From Deltaproteobacteria bacterium (GTDB lineage Bacteria; Myxococcota; JACRCW01), in NCBI GenBank assembly GCA_016218805.1, contig JACRCW010000026.1, forward strand, positions 1-64,000: a stretch of 64,000 nt of DNA. The letters are read 5' to 3'. The notes under the pieces are model-generated. The model ran no database searches and was not told the origin of the DNA. It was given only the letters and a program-made list of their open reading frames with translations. Positions 31,271-40,940 of the stretch are shown here, one piece after another. The position numbers and the translations under genes are program-made. Position 1 is the stretch's first letter. Each line of letters starts with the position of its first letter.

Positions 31271-32065
31271 ATGTACTGGAGCGACTGGACACCCCGCCCC
31301 ACCGTGGCACAGCGCCGCGCGCTGGCAGCCAAGGAAACCAGGAAACGCGCGCGCAAGGGCGAGACGCTCTCCCCCGTGGAGCCCATTGCGGGCCGCCAGG
31401 TCGCCGAGTCGTTCTGGGGCCAGGCCTGGTGCACGCACCTGGAGGGCCACGCGGATTACAGCAACCGGCTGCCGCGCGGGCGGTCCTACGTCCGCAACGG
31501 CTCCGTGCTGGACCTGAAGATCGCCGCCGGGAAGGTGCACGCGCTGGTGCAGGGATCTTCGCTGTACACGGTGGAGGTGACCATCCGGACGCTGGCGCCC
31601 AAGCGGTGGAAGGACCTGGTGGCGCGCTGTGCCGGACGCGTGGACTCGGTGGTGGAACTGCTGCGCGGCTCCGTTTCCGACGAGACCTTGCGTCATCTCA
31701 CGGACCGCAAGACCGGCATGTTCCCCGCCCCGGCGGAGATGTCATTCTCATGCAGCTGCCCGGACTGGGCGGACATGTGCAAGCACGTGGCCGCGGCGCT
31801 GTACGGCGTGGGCGCGCGCCTGGACCGCGCTCCGGAGCTCCTGTTCACCCTGCGCAACGTGGACCAGGCGGAGCTGGTGAAGACCTCCGTGGGGCTGGGC
31901 CGCAAGCAGGCCCGCGCGGCGCACGCGCTGCAGGGCGCGGACCTGGGCGCGGTGTTTGGGATTGAACTGGAGGGCGGCGCCCCGGCCGCCCCGCGCGCGC
32001 GGCGAGCCGCCCCGGCAAAGAAGAAGGCGCGGAAGAAGGCGGCGGGGACGCGCCGGGCCAGGTGA
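31271..32065 (+). CDS. SWIM zinc-finger protein
   Basis: RLPRGRSYVRNG, CSCPDWADMCKH; starts 3 bp after the SNF2 gene. Confidence 0.9.
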   Translation: MYWSDWTPRPTVAQRRALAAKETRKRARKGETLSPVEPIAGRQVAESFWGQAWCTHLEGHADYSNRLPRGRSYVRNGSVLDLKIAAGKVHALVQGSSLYTVEVTIRTLAPKRWKDLVARCAGRVDSVVELLRGSVSDETLRHLTDRKTGMFPAPAEMSFSCSCPDWADMCKHVAAALYGVGARLDRAPELLFTLRNVDQAELVKTSVGLGRKQARAAHALQGADLGAVFGIELEGGAPAAPRARRAAPAKKKARKKAAGTRRAR

Positions 32066-32075
32066 CCGCTTTGGT

Positions 32076-32106
32076 GAATAGTCTCCAGTCCGCGTGGAGG
32101 ATATTC
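32076..32106. promoter_or_regulatory. Putative enhancer (UAS), imperfect palindrome GAATAGTCTCCA-N7-TGGAGGATATTC
   Basis: The first 15 bp match 36858-36872 at 14/15 positions; lies upstream of a -24/-12 element. Confidence 0.6.
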
Positions 32107-32160
32107 GGCAGGCGTGAGGGGCGGCGTCCAAGATGGGCCGTCCGGACGCGCTGTGCCTGC

Positions 32161-32176
32161 GGGCACGCGAAGTGCT
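32161..32176 (+). promoter_or_regulatory. Sigma-54 -24/-12 promoter candidate GGGCACGCGAAGTGCT
   Basis: GG-N10-GC spacing with a GGCACG core, 38 bp upstream of the small ORF. Confidence 0.6.
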
Positions 32177-32213
32177 TGCACCGCACCCAACATCTTTCAC
32201 TCCGGAGGCTCCC

Positions 32214-32318
32214 ATGAAGATCCTGAAGCGCCCGCTGAGCAACGTGACGGTTGAACCCGCGCAGCCCACCCCGGCCGGCGGCAAGACCGGCTGCTGCAAG
32301 ATCAGCTGCTGCAAGTAG
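32214..32318 (+). CDS. 34-aa Cys-rich peptide MKILKRPLSNVTVEPAQPTPAGGKTGCCKISCCK
   Basis: GGAGG RBS at 32203-32207, GC3-rich codons, its own promoter candidate and a downstream terminator. Confidence 0.75.
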   Translation: MKILKRPLSNVTVEPAQPTPAGGKTGCCKISCCK

Positions 32319-32334
32319 GTCCACCTGGACCCAC

Positions 32335-32370
32335 GGCCCCCGTTGCCACCGCGGTGACGGGGGCCTTTGT
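32335..32370 (+). terminator. Intrinsic terminator hairpin
   Basis: GGCCCCCGT...ACGGGGGCC stem followed by TTTGT, between convergent genes. Confidence 0.7.
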
Positions 32371-32375
32371 AATTC

Positions 32376-33758
32376 CTACGCGCCCGGCTTGCGGCCCGCG
32401 CTGCCGCGCGAAATGCCGAACTTCTCCATGCGGTAGACCAGGATGTGCCGCGGCACGCGGAGGAAGCGGGCCGCCGCGGAGAGGTTGCCGCCATTGTGCT
32501 CAATGGCGTGGATGACCACGGCCTTCTCCAGCTCCTCCAGCGAAATACCGTCCGCCGGCAACCGCAACCGCGCCGGGTCCAGCTCCAGCGGCTCCGCCGC
32601 CATCGCGGGCGCGTCCTCGGCCGGCAGGTCGGTGGCGTCTAGGACGTCAGCGCGGCGCAGGGCCACCATCCGCTCCGCCACGTTGCGCAGTTCCCGCACG
32701 TTGCCGGGCCAGGCGCGCGCCTCCAGCGCGGCAAACAGGGCCGGGGTCACCTTCAGATCCGGGCCGCCGAATTGACGTACGTACCGGCCGAACAGCACCG
32801 GGATGTCCTGCCGGCGCGCGCGCAGCGCGGGCAGGCGCAGCGGCACCACGGAGAGGCGGAAGAACAGGTCCTGCCGGAAGCGGCCTTCGCGCACCAGGGA
32901 GGCCAGGTCCTGGTGCGTGGCGGCGATGATCCGCACGTTGACCGCAATGCTCCCGCCGCCCACCACGTCCACGCGGCGCTCCTCCAGCACGCGCAGCAGC
33001 TTGGCCTGCAGGGCCTCGTCCAGATCACCAATCTCGTCCAGGAACAGCGTGCCGCCGTCCGCCGCGGCAAACCGGCCCTGCCGCTCACGCGTGGCGCCGG
33101 TGAACGCCCCGCGCGCGTGGCCAAACAGTTCGGACTCCAGCAGGTCGCGCGGGATGGCGGCGCAGTTGAGCGCCACCAGCGGGGAGGCGGCCCGGTCGCT
33201 GCAGCGGTGGATCTCGCGGGCAATCACCTCCTTGCCCGTCCCGCTCTCGCCCAGCAGCAGCACCGTGGCGGAGGTCTGCGCCACCTGCCGGGCCTGCTGC
33301 AGCACCTCGCGCATGGACGCTGACACCGCAATGATCTCGTCGTGTTCAGTCACCCGCTGCTTGAGGCGCGCGTTCTCCGTGGCCAACCGCCAGTGCTCCC
33401 GCGCCTTGTCCACGGTCAGCAGCAGCTGGTCCTTGTGGAACGGCTTGGACACAAAATCGAACGCGCCCTTGCGCATGGCCTCCACCGCCAGCTCCACGCT
33501 CCCAAACGCGGTGATCATCAGCACCGGGGTCTGCGGGGCCAGGCGGCGCGCCGCGGCCAGCACCTCAAACCCGTCCGCGCGCGGCATCTTCACGTCGGTG
33601 ATCACCACCGCGGGCGGCGGCTGGTCGGTGAGGAACGCAATGGCCTCGGCGCCGTCAGCGCAGCGGATGACGTCACAGCCGGCGTCCCCCAGCTGGAAGG
33701 CAATCACCTCGCGCAGGCTGGGGTCATCCTCCACAACGAGCACGCGGTCACCCGGCAT
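32376..33758 (-). CDS. Sigma-54-dependent NtrC-family response regulator
   Basis: REC domain (VEDD, TDVKMP, KPF), [38 protein letters not shown]-terminal Fis-type HTH. Confidence 0.95.
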   Translation of the reverse strand: MPGDRVLVVEDDPSLREVIAFQLGDAGCDVIRCADGAEAIAFLTDQPPPAVVITDVKMPRADGFEVLAAARRLAPQTPVLMITAFGSVELAVEAMRKGAFDFVSKPFHKDQLLLTVDKAREHWRLATENARLKQRVTEHDEIIAVSASMREVLQQARQVAQTSATVLLLGESGTGKEVIAREIHRCSDRAASPLVALNCAAIPRDLLESELFGHARGAFTGATRERQGRFAAADGGTLFLDEIGDLDEALQAKLLRVLEERRVDVVGGGSIAVNVRIIAATHQDLASLVREGRFRQDLFFRLSVVPLRLPALRARRQDIPVLFGRYVRQFGGPDLKVTPALFAALEARAWPGNVRELRNVAERMVALRRADVLDATDLPAEDAPAMAAEPLELDPARLRLPADGISLEELEKAVVIHAIEHNGGNLSAAARFLRVPRHILVYRMEKFGISRGSAGRKPGA

Positions 33759-34965
33759 GGTCCCCTCCCGCAGCGGGCAGGTCCAACCGCAGCCGCGCAC
33801 CAGGCCCACCGCCCACCAGGCGCAGGTGGCCACCGTTGGCCTCCGCCAGCGAGTGGCTCACCGCCAGCCCCAGCCCGGTCCCCGTGTCCTTGGTGCTGAA
33901 GAACGGTTCAAAGATGCGTTCGGCCAGCTCCGGAGGAACACCCGGTCCGTCATCCGTCACGTCCACCACAACGCGGTCCCCGGCGGCGCGGGTCACGCGC
34001 ACCGCCACGTGGCCAGCGCCACCCAGCGCCTCCACCGCATTGATGACCAGGTTGAGCAGCACCTGCTGCACCTGCCCGGGATCCGCCCAGCAACGCGCGT
34101 CACCCGCCAGGTGCTCCACGGTCACCTCCGTCCGGGCCAGTGCCGCCTTGGGCGCCACCAGACCCACCACGCTGTCCACCACCTGGTCCAGGTCCACCGT
34201 GCGCGGGTCCGGGCGCGGCGGGCGGGCAAACTGCAGGAACGACGTCAGCACCCCGTTGAGCCGGTCCAGTTCCTTCAGCATGATCTCCGCCATGGCGTGC
34301 TTGCGGTGCCCGTCGGGAAAATCCTCCGCCAGCACCTCGGCGGCGCCGCGGATGGAACCCAGCGGATTGCGCAGCTCATGCGCCAGCCCGGCGCTGAGAC
34401 TCCCCAGCGCGGCCAGCTTCTCCGTGCGCACCAGCTGCTCCTGCACCGCTTCACGCGCGGCCAGCACCTGGCGCAGTTCTGCGGACAACGCCTCCGCGCG
34501 CGCCAGCGCCCGCGTCCACCGCTGGGACAGCAGCCCGGTCACCGCTCCCACGCCGTGGAACATCACAATCTCAAAGAACTTCTCCGTGGTGGAAGACGGG
34601 TCACTGGCCACCGCCATCCCCAACACGTGGATGTGCGCCTGGTGCTCAATGTCCCCGTGGTGGTGCCCCATCATGAACGCGTGCGGCGCGTACAACAGCG
34701 AACACCCCACCGCCGCCAACAGACCCCCGCGCGCACCCCAGGTCACCGCCGCCACGACGATGGGCAGGTAATACAGACGGCGGAACAGATCATGAAGCGC
34801 CCGGAGGTCCGGCCCGGTGAGGTAGTGCGCTGCACTGATCAGCAACGCGCCCGCGGCAACCGCCGCCAGCAACCCGGCGCGGTCCATGGGGGACGCCGCC
34901 GCGGGCGCCATGACGACGGGAACGGGCCCGGGCGGAGCAGGCTGGAGCAGCGGGGAGACAGACAT
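33748..34965 (-). CDS. Membrane sensor histidine kinase with His-rich sensor region
   Basis: TM segments with [21 protein letters not shown] and the loop [25 protein letters not shown]-box, DDGPG, FFSTK, GTGLGL. Start uncertain. Confidence 0.92.
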   Translation of the reverse strand: MSVSPLLQPAPPGPVPVVMAPAAASPMDRAGLLAAVAAGALLISAAHYLTGPDLRALHDLFRRLYYLPIVVAAVTWGARGGLLAAVGCSLLYAPHAFMMGHHHGDIEHQAHIHVLGMAVASDPSSTTEKFFEIVMFHGVGAVTGLLSQRWTRALARAEALSAELRQVLAAREAVQEQLVRTEKLAALGSLSAGLAHELRNPLGSIRGAAEVLAEDFPDGHRKHAMAEIMLKELDRLNGVLTSFLQFARPPRPDPRTVDLDQVVDSVVGLVAPKAALARTEVTVEHLAGDARCWADPGQVQQVLLNLVINAVEALGGAGHVAVRVTRAAGDRVVVDVTDDGPGVPPELAERIFEPFFSTKDTGTGLGLAVSHSLAEANGGHLRLVGGGPGARLRLDLPAAGGDHAG

Positions 34966-35096
34966 GGGTGCACGCACGTTAGTACGTTGGGTCCAGTGTG
35001 GCGTGCAGGTTGACCGGCATGCATCCGCCCCCCACCCGACGAGCCGTGCCGGCTCGTCGACCTCCCCCCGCAAGGCGGGGGGAGGCAAGCCGGGGC

Positions 35097-35993
35097 TCAA
35101 TGCGCGTGCGTGGCGGGCATGACCTCAAAGCGGTAGTTCGCCTCGTCGTCGGCGTCGCCGCCGGTGACCACGCAGTTGAGGTCATCCGTGAAGCCGACCT
35201 TGAGCCAGTAGGTCCCGGTCTCCATGAACATGTGTTTGGCGGTGTAGAGGCCCTTGCCCGCGTAGGTGGGCACCAGCGCCTCCACCACCACCGACTGCGC
35301 GCCCGTCCCGGACATCAGCGTCACGGTGGGCAGGTTGGACTGCAGCGCCGCCGGCAGCAGGTGGTCAAACTTGTTGGTCCACGGCTGCGTCGTGTTGATG
35401 GTCTCGTTGAACGAGCGCATCAGCTCGATGTTGAAGGTGACGTCCGTCCCGCTGGCCAGGATGATGGGCTCGGTGGTGTTCCACCGGATCTGGAACGCGT
35501 ACTCGTAGTCCGCATCCGCGTCGTTGCTGCAGAAGTAGTTCTCACCGCCGGCGCGTGAAGTCTCAAATGCGAACGCCGCAGCGTAGTGGTTTCCCTCCTC
35601 CTGGAACTCCACGCCGACGGTGTACGCCCCGAACGCGGTGAACATGGTGGTCCACTCATAGGTGCCGTCACCCTTGTCCTCCAGCACCCCAGCAGCCGGG
35701 GCCACCGTCTGCGTCTGGGTCGCCTTGGTGTCGCGGTAGGCCACATTGACCGGGAGGCCAGCCACCTTGGCGCAGCTGGTCACGTCCGTGTGGTCCGTGC
35801 ACTGCGCCATGTCATAGACGGTGAACACCACCTTGACGGACTTGAGGATGTGCGCGTGAACCGTCCCCACCTCCACCCGGTAGTCCTTGCGCGGCGGCAT
35901 CTCCATGCTGCCGCTGCCCGCCTGCTCCATGCAGGAGGCAAATGCGAGTGAAATGAGAACGGCGAGCGCCGCCTTGGCTGCGTGCTGCATCAT
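35097..35993 (-). CDS. Lipoprotein with two YtkA/FixH-like Ig-fold domains (putative metal chaperone)
   Basis: Lipobox FASC, Met-rich N-terminus (SMEMP), HAH motifs at both ends, two GxY-x-F-x3-GxY-type repeats (GDGTYEWTTMFTAFGAY; GKGLYTAKHMFMETGTY). Confidence 0.6.
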   Translation of the reverse strand: MMQHAAKAALAVLISLAFASCMEQAGSGSMEMPPRKDYRVEVGTVHAHILKSVKVVFTVYDMAQCTDHTDVTSCAKVAGLPVNVAYRDTKATQTQTVAPAAGVLEDKGDGTYEWTTMFTAFGAYTVGVEFQEEGNHYAAAFAFETSRAGGENYFCSNDADADYEYAFQIRWNTTEPIILASGTDVTFNIELMRSFNETINTTQPWTNKFDHLLPAALQSNLPTVTLMSGTGAQSVVVEALVPTYAGKGLYTAKHMFMETGTYWLKVGFTDDLNCVVTGGDADDEANYRFEVMPATHAH

Positions 35994-36017
35994 GGGATTC
36001 TCCGGTTGGGGGAAGGA

Positions 36018-36728
36018 TCAGGCGTCCGGCGTCAGCCAGCGCCCGAGGGGAATGATGGGAAGTGCGTACAACGCGACGGCCACGAGTCCGAAGAACCCGG
36101 CGCACACCAGCGGCGACCATTGAATGACCCGCCAGACCTGGTCACCGACCACGGGCCGGTAGCCGCCCACGGTGGGGAAGTTGCTGGGCGAGGTGGACCA
36201 CAACAGCGCCCACGCCACCACGTGGCCGGCGGCCAGCGCGGTGGCCATCCAGCCCCACGGCGGCGCGGTGATGACCGCCAGCGCCACCTTTCCCGGCGAC
36301 GCGCGCGGTTCGGCGGGGGGCACTGCGGGAGCCGGGGCCGGGGCCACCTCAGGCACCGGTGCGGGCGCAGCGGCCGCTGGCGTCATCTCCACCTCCACGC
36401 GTGTGACCACGCCCTCCTGCACCACCAGTTGGCGCTCCACGGACCCTCCGCCCGGAACGTCCACCCGGAGCGCGTGCGGGCCCACCGCCACACCCTCAAC
36501 GCGCAACGGCGTCACGCCGACGGGCTGTCCATCCACGGTCACCGCCGCCCCGGGCGTCCCCGTGGCCACCTCCAGGGTCCCGACGGGTGCCGGCGCTGCG
36601 GCGGCCTCAGGCGGTGGCGGCGGGGGAGTCACCTCCGCCTGCGCTCGGGCCGCACCGACGGTAAGCAGTGCAAATCCCGTCACAAGCCAACGCACTGCCC
36701 AACCGTTCTTGCGCGTTCCCGACGCCAT
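36018..36728 (-). CDS. PEGA-domain membrane protein
   Basis: Signal peptide, GTLEVATGTPGAAVTVDGQPVGVTPL PEGA motif, C-terminal TM helices. Confidence 0.75.
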   Translation of the reverse strand: MASGTRKNGWAVRWLVTGFALLTVGAARAQAEVTPPPPPPEAAAAPAPVGTLEVATGTPGAAVTVDGQPVGVTPLRVEGVAVGPHALRVDVPGGGSVERQLVVQEGVVTRVEVEMTPAAAAPAPVPEVAPAPAPAVPPAEPRASPGKVALAVITAPPWGWMATALAAGHVVAWALLWSTSPSNFPTVGGYRPVVGDQVWRVIQWSPLVCAGFFGLVAVALYALPIIPLGRWLTPDA

Positions 36729-36772
36729 GGCCCGTCCGTTCTGCCCGGCAGGAGCCGCGGCGCGCCGCACTG

Positions 36773-36788
36773 AGCAAGGTGCGTGCCC
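36773..36788 (-). promoter_or_regulatory. Sigma-54 promoter GGGCACGCACCTTGCT (leftward)
   Basis: Reverse complement of AGCAAGGTGCGTGCCC; near-consensus TGGCACG-N4-TTGCW, 45 bp upstream of the 36728 start. Confidence 0.75.
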
Positions 36789-36857
36789 ACTTGGACGGAA
36801 CGCGGCCGTCGACGAGGAACCGGCAACCCGACGGGCGGCGGCCAAACGGCGAGTGAA

Positions 36858-36886
36858 GAATAGTCTCGAGTCACTGCGGACTATGC
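36858..36886. promoter_or_regulatory. Palindromic operator/UAS gaATAGTC-N13-GACTATgc
   Basis: Centre at about 36872 is 84-85 bp from the -24 GG of both divergent sigma-54 promoters. Confidence 0.7.
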
Positions 36887-36954
36887 TCCGCTGCGAGCGG
36901 CCCGCCTGCGACGCGTCAACGGCTTCGTCGAGGACAGGGCGCTCTTGCCCACCG

Positions 36955-36970
36955 TGGCACATGGCTTGCG
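36955..36970 (+). promoter_or_regulatory. Sigma-54 promoter TGGCACATGGCTTGCG (rightward)
   Basis: Matches TGGCAC-N5-TTGC; 31 bp upstream of the cupredoxin ATG, which has a [10 protein letters not shown]. Confidence 0.8.
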
Positions 36971-37000
36971 ATGCGGCCCGCGTCCTGACGGAGGAGCCGC

Positions 37001-37612
37001 ATGGTGCGTCACGCAAGCAGAATGGGAGTGATACTGGGCTGGGCCGTCCTGGTGGCGGGGCCCGCGCTGGCACAGGCCCCTGCCGCGGGCGGCGCGCTTG
37101 CCGGCGAAGTGGCCGCAAAACCCGCGAAATACCGCGAGCACGTGGTGGTCAGCGTGGAGAAGGTGCCCGGTGCGTTCCGGCCGCCGGCGCAACCGGCGCA
37201 GTACGATCAGCGCGGCATGCAGTTCATCCCGCACGTGATGGCGGTGGTCCGCGGGACCACGGTGAAGTTTCTCAACAATGACAATGTCAGCCACAACGTC
37301 TTCACGCCGGACGGAGACAAGTACAACCTGGGAACGTGGGGCCAGGGCCAGTCACAGACGCGCGTGTTCCCGCGGTCCGGCGTGTACCGGCAGCTGTGCA
37401 ACGTGCATCCCGAAATGGAGGGATTCATCGTTGTGCTGGATAACCCGTATTTCGCGGTCACCGGCGCGGACGGGCGCTTCCGGATTGAGAACATCCCGCC
37501 GGGCACGTACACGGTGCGCGCGTGGAGCGAGAAGCTGGCGGGCGCCACGCAGCAGGTCACCATCACGGCGGGTGGTGCGGCCACCGCGCGGTTTGAGCTC
37601 AAGAAGCCATGA
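37001..37612 (+). CDS. Secreted cupredoxin-fold (type-1 copper) protein with C-terminal carboxypeptidase-regulatory-like domain
   Basis: Signal peptide; VKFLNNDNVSHNVF and CNVHPEM supply His/Cys/His/Met ligands; DGRFRIENIPPGTYTVRAW. Confidence 0.85.
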   Translation: MVRHASRMGVILGWAVLVAGPALAQAPAAGGALAGEVAAKPAKYREHVVVSVEKVPGAFRPPAQPAQYDQRGMQFIPHVMAVVRGTTVKFLNNDNVSHNVFTPDGDKYNLGTWGQGQSQTRVFPRSGVYRQLCNVHPEMEGFIVVLDNPYFAVTGADGRFRIENIPPGTYTVRAWSEKLAGATQQVTITAGGAATARFELKKP

Positions 37613-38895
37613 GCCGCTCCCGGTGGACCTGGCCGGTGGCGGCCGTGGCGGTCGTCGTCATTCTGGTGGCGTGGGTGCCACCGGCAGGCGCGGTGCCATC
37701 CTTTGCGCGGCGCTACGGGACCAGCTGCCAGACGTGCCACGTGGTCTTTCCCAAGTTGACGCCCTTTGGTGAAGCGTTCCGGCGCAACGCGTACCATTTC
37801 CCGGACGGACAGGATGAGGACTACCGCCGCAAGGAACCGCAGAAGATGGGCGCGGACGGATACAAGGACGTGTTTCCGTGGGCGGTGTGGCCCGGCGAAA
37901 TCCCCGCCGACCTTCCCATCAGCGCCATTGCCGCGGGACAGGTGGTGGGGAATCCGTCAGAAACCACGCGGGACAAGAAAGTGGTCCTGGCGGGCAGTGC
38001 CAGCGTCAACGTCAATGCCACCTTTGGAGAATGGCTGGCGGTGTGGGTGGGTGCGACGGCGCGCGGCACCACCGCGGGGACGCTGGAGCTGGGGTTTGAT
38101 CGCGCGTTCTTCGTCGTGTCGCCGGGACGTGGCCCGTGGGGCAACGTGCGCCTGGGCATGATTGAACCGGGGGTGCTGAGCTTCACCACGCACCGTTCCA
38201 TTGGCCCCAACCCGTGGGTGCTCACCGCCGCCGTGGGGAACAACCAGTTTGCACTGGAGCCGGCGCAGTTTGGGGCGGAGTGGAGCGGCGTGGGCCTGGA
38301 CGGGCGCGGCACGTTCACGCTGGGCGTGGTGGATGGCGCGGGCAACCAGGTGGGTCCCCCCACCGACGTGTACGGGCGCATTGCCAGCAAGTGGGGGGGC
38401 ATGCGCCTGGATGGCGTGGAGGGTGACGGGCAGGTGCGCCTGGCGGACCCCGCACCGTGGCGCGAGTGGAGCGTGCTGGTCGGCGCGTTTGTCTATTCAG
38501 GGCGCGCCACCGTGGGCACGGAGGGAACCGCGTGGCAGACGGACCGGTTCACGCTGGCCGGCGCGGACGTCAACGCGCAACTGCGGGACGCAAACGTCAT
38601 TGCCGCGTACACGTACACGCGGAACAGCCGCCCGTTTCTGCTGGACCCGTCCCTGGGCACGGACACGCACAACGTCATGCTGCAGGTGGATTACGTGGTA
38701 TTTCCGTGGCTGGTGCCCAGCCTCCGCGCGGAGCGGCGCGTCGTGAACGGCGCGTCGCAGGACCGCGTGGCCACGTCGCTGTACGTGCTGCTGCGGGCCA
38801 ATGTGCGGACACAGCTGCTGGCGGTGGTGGAACGCGCGCCGGACAACACGGTGACCTTCAACCGCCTGCAGGCCGGGCTCACCGTTGGATTCTGA
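37609..38895 (+). CDS. Cyc2-like fused monoheme cytochrome c / outer-membrane beta-barrel
   Basis: Signal peptide then VPSFARRYGTSCQTCHVVFPKLTPFGEAFRRNAY (PxFAR, CxxCH, PxL), beta-strand-rich body, C-terminal Phe (LTVGF). Confidence 0.8.
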   Translation: MSRSRWTWPVAAVAVVVILVAWVPPAGAVPSFARRYGTSCQTCHVVFPKLTPFGEAFRRNAYHFPDGQDEDYRRKEPQKMGADGYKDVFPWAVWPGEIPADLPISAIAAGQVVGNPSETTRDKKVVLAGSASVNVNATFGEWLAVWVGATARGTTAGTLELGFDRAFFVVSPGRGPWGNVRLGMIEPGVLSFTTHRSIGPNPWVLTAAVGNNQFALEPAQFGAEWSGVGLDGRGTFTLGVVDGAGNQVGPPTDVYGRIASKWGGMRLDGVEGDGQVRLADPAPWREWSVLVGAFVYSGRATVGTEGTAWQTDRFTLAGADVNAQLRDANVIAAYTYTRNSRPFLLDPSLGTDTHNVMLQVDYVVFPWLVPSLRAERRVVNGASQDRVATSLYVLLRANVRTQLLAVVERAPDNTVTFNRLQAGLTVGF

Positions 38896-38902
38896 GGGAC
38901 TC

Positions 38903-39703
38903 ATGCCGCGCTTCCTACCCGCCCTGGTGCTGCTGCTTGCCGCGTGTGACGACGGCACCGTCAACCGCCACGTGACGCTGGAGCACCAGGCGGGCGCGTT
39001 GCCCCGCTGCACCAGCACCGTGGTGGGGGACGCGCTGCATCTCAGCGTGGACCGCATGGAACCGCTCAAGCCGGACCGGGGACTGGTGGCGTTTGCGGTG
39101 CACCATGACGCGTGGAACTGGCTGGGCGCCGTGGAGCCGGGCAGCCCGGCCACGTTCCGCGGGCAGCCCATCAGCGTCACCTGGACGGACGTGACCCAGC
39201 TGGTCATCTCCGAGGAACTCTTGACCGACACGCCCACGCAACCGGGGTCCATGGTGCACTTCCGCGGCCGGCCCGGAGAAATGCTGGGAATCGGCGCTGA
39301 GGGCGAACTCACGGAAGAGGCCGTGGCGGGCGCCTCCGCACACGCGACGACGGTGGACGATACCGTGGAGCTCACCTACGCGTTGTTGCCCGCGCCGGGT
39401 CCGGGGCGGTTCTTTGCGGCGTGGCTGTTTCCTGACGGCACCACCGCCGCCACCGGGACGCCCGGCGGGGGCGGTCACACGCACGGGCTGACCTTGGTGC
39501 AACCGCTGCTCTTGGGCCGCATCGGCACGTCAGCCACGGAGCTGTTCACCATTGATGGCGCGGTGACCGGGTATCACCAGCTGGCCATCACGCTGGAACT
39601 GGAGAACGGCGTGGCCGCGGCCGCGCTCACCAACATTGTGTTCACGGGGACGCTGCCCACGGAGGCGGCGGGCGGGACAGCCGCCGCCGCCCACGAGCAC
39701 TGA
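38903..39703 (+). CDS. Lipoprotein with His motifs (RskA-C-like fold suspected)
   Basis: Lipobox LLAAC; GHTHG and terminal AHEH; LPAPGPGRFFAAWL...LAITLE pattern. Confidence 0.6.
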   Translation: MPRFLPALVLLLAACDDGTVNRHVTLEHQAGALPRCTSTVVGDALHLSVDRMEPLKPDRGLVAFAVHHDAWNWLGAVEPGSPATFRGQPISVTWTDVTQLVISEELLTDTPTQPGSMVHFRGRPGEMLGIGAEGELTEEAVAGASAHATTVDDTVELTYALLPAPGPGRFFAAWLFPDGTTAATGTPGGGGHTHGLTLVQPLLLGRIGTSATELFTIDGAVTGYHQLAITLELENGVAAAALTNIVFTGTLPTEAAGGTAAAAHEH

Positions 39704-39714
39704 CAGGCGGACGC

Positions 39715-40209
39715 ATGGCGCTCATTGACGATCTCAAGGACCCGCCCCCGCCGGAAGAGCTGGACCGGCGGCGGATGCTGACGCTGCTGGGGACCGGTGC
39801 GCTGGGCGTGGCCACGGCGGGCGCCACGGTGGAGACGCTGCACTTCCTGGAGCCCGCGGTGGTGTACGAACCGGAACGCCGCGTCGCCGTGGGGCGGCCG
39901 GGCGATCTCAGCGTGGGCGCGGTGAAGGTGGTGGCGTCGCACCGTTTGTACGTTGTTCGTGAGCCGGCCGGCGTGTTTGCGCTCTCCGCGGTGTGCACGC
40001 ACCTGGGGTGCATCACGCGGTGCCGCCCGGACCGGACGGGCTTTGACTGCCCGTGCCACGGCAGCCGCTTTGCGCTGGATGGGTCCGTGCAGGCCGGTCC
40101 CGCGCCGCGCCCGCTGCGCCGCCTCCACGTTGAAGTGGACCAGGACACGCTGGTGGTGGACGCGGCCCGGGTGATTGCGCCCGGATCCCTGCTGCGGGTG
40201 CCCGCATGA
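39715..40209 (+). CDS. Rieske 2Fe-2S subunit
   Basis: Tat-like RRRML plus TM; CTHLGC and CPCHGS boxes. Confidence 0.95.
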   Translation: MALIDDLKDPPPPEELDRRRMLTLLGTGALGVATAGATVETLHFLEPAVVYEPERRVAVGRPGDLSVGAVKVVASHRLYVVREPAGVFALSAVCTHLGCITRCRPDRTGFDCPCHGSRFALDGSVQAGPAPRPLRRLHVEVDQDTLVVDAARVIAPGSLLRVPA

Positions 40210-40940
40210 AGACGCTGGCGGAGCGCATTGCGGACAGCCCCCTGTGGAAGTCCATCATCCGGCACGGCTACCCGGACACCAACAAGAACCGGTCCTTGCT
40301 GGTGTTCAGCAACCTGTTCCTGCACATCCACCCGGTGAAGGTGCGGGCGCGCGCCATTGCGTTCTGGCGCACGCTGTACCTGGGCGGGCTGAGCGCCGCG
40401 CTGTTCTGGGTGCTGACGCTCACCGGGTTGCTGCTGATGTTCTACTACCGGCCGGCAGTGCCGCAGGCGTACCAGGACATGAAGGACCTGGAGTTTGTTG
40501 TCACGCCGGGGATGTTCCTGCGCAACATGCACCGGTGGGCCGCGCACGCCATGGTGGCATTTGTGTTTGTGCACATGGCGGTCACGTTCTACCGCGGCGC
40601 CTACCGCCACCCGCGTGAATTCAACTGGGTGATCGGCGTGGGGCTCCTCGTGGGGACGCTGCTGCTCTCCTACACGGGCTACCTGCTGCCGTGGGACCAG
40701 CTGGCCTATTGGGCGGTGACGGTGGGCTCCAACATGGCGGAGGCCACGCCGCTGTGGGGTGACCAGATCAAGCTGCTGCTGCTGGGCGGCCGCTCCATCG
40801 ACGAGCCGACGCTGATCCGGTTCTACGTGCTGCACTGCGTGGGACTGCCACTGGTGGTGGTGGTGGGAATCGCGCTGCACATCTGGCGCATCCGCAAGGA
40901 CGGCGGGCTGCACCTGCCACCGCGGGAGCGTGCGCCGTGA
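40206..40940 (+). CDS. Cytochrome b N-terminal (b6-like) subunit
   Basis: RNMHRWAAH...[22 protein letters not shown]...LHIW; four heme-b His ligands present. Confidence 0.95.
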   Translation: MKTLAERIADSPLWKSIIRHGYPDTNKNRSLLVFSNLFLHIHPVKVRARAIAFWRTLYLGGLSAALFWVLTLTGLLLMFYYRPAVPQAYQDMKDLEFVVTPGMFLRNMHRWAAHAMVAFVFVHMAVTFYRGAYRHPREFNWVIGVGLLVGTLLLSYTGYLLPWDQLAYWAVTVGSNMAEATPLWGDQIKLLLLGGRSIDEPTLIRFYVLHCVGLPLVVVVGIALHIWRIRKDGGLHLPPRERAP

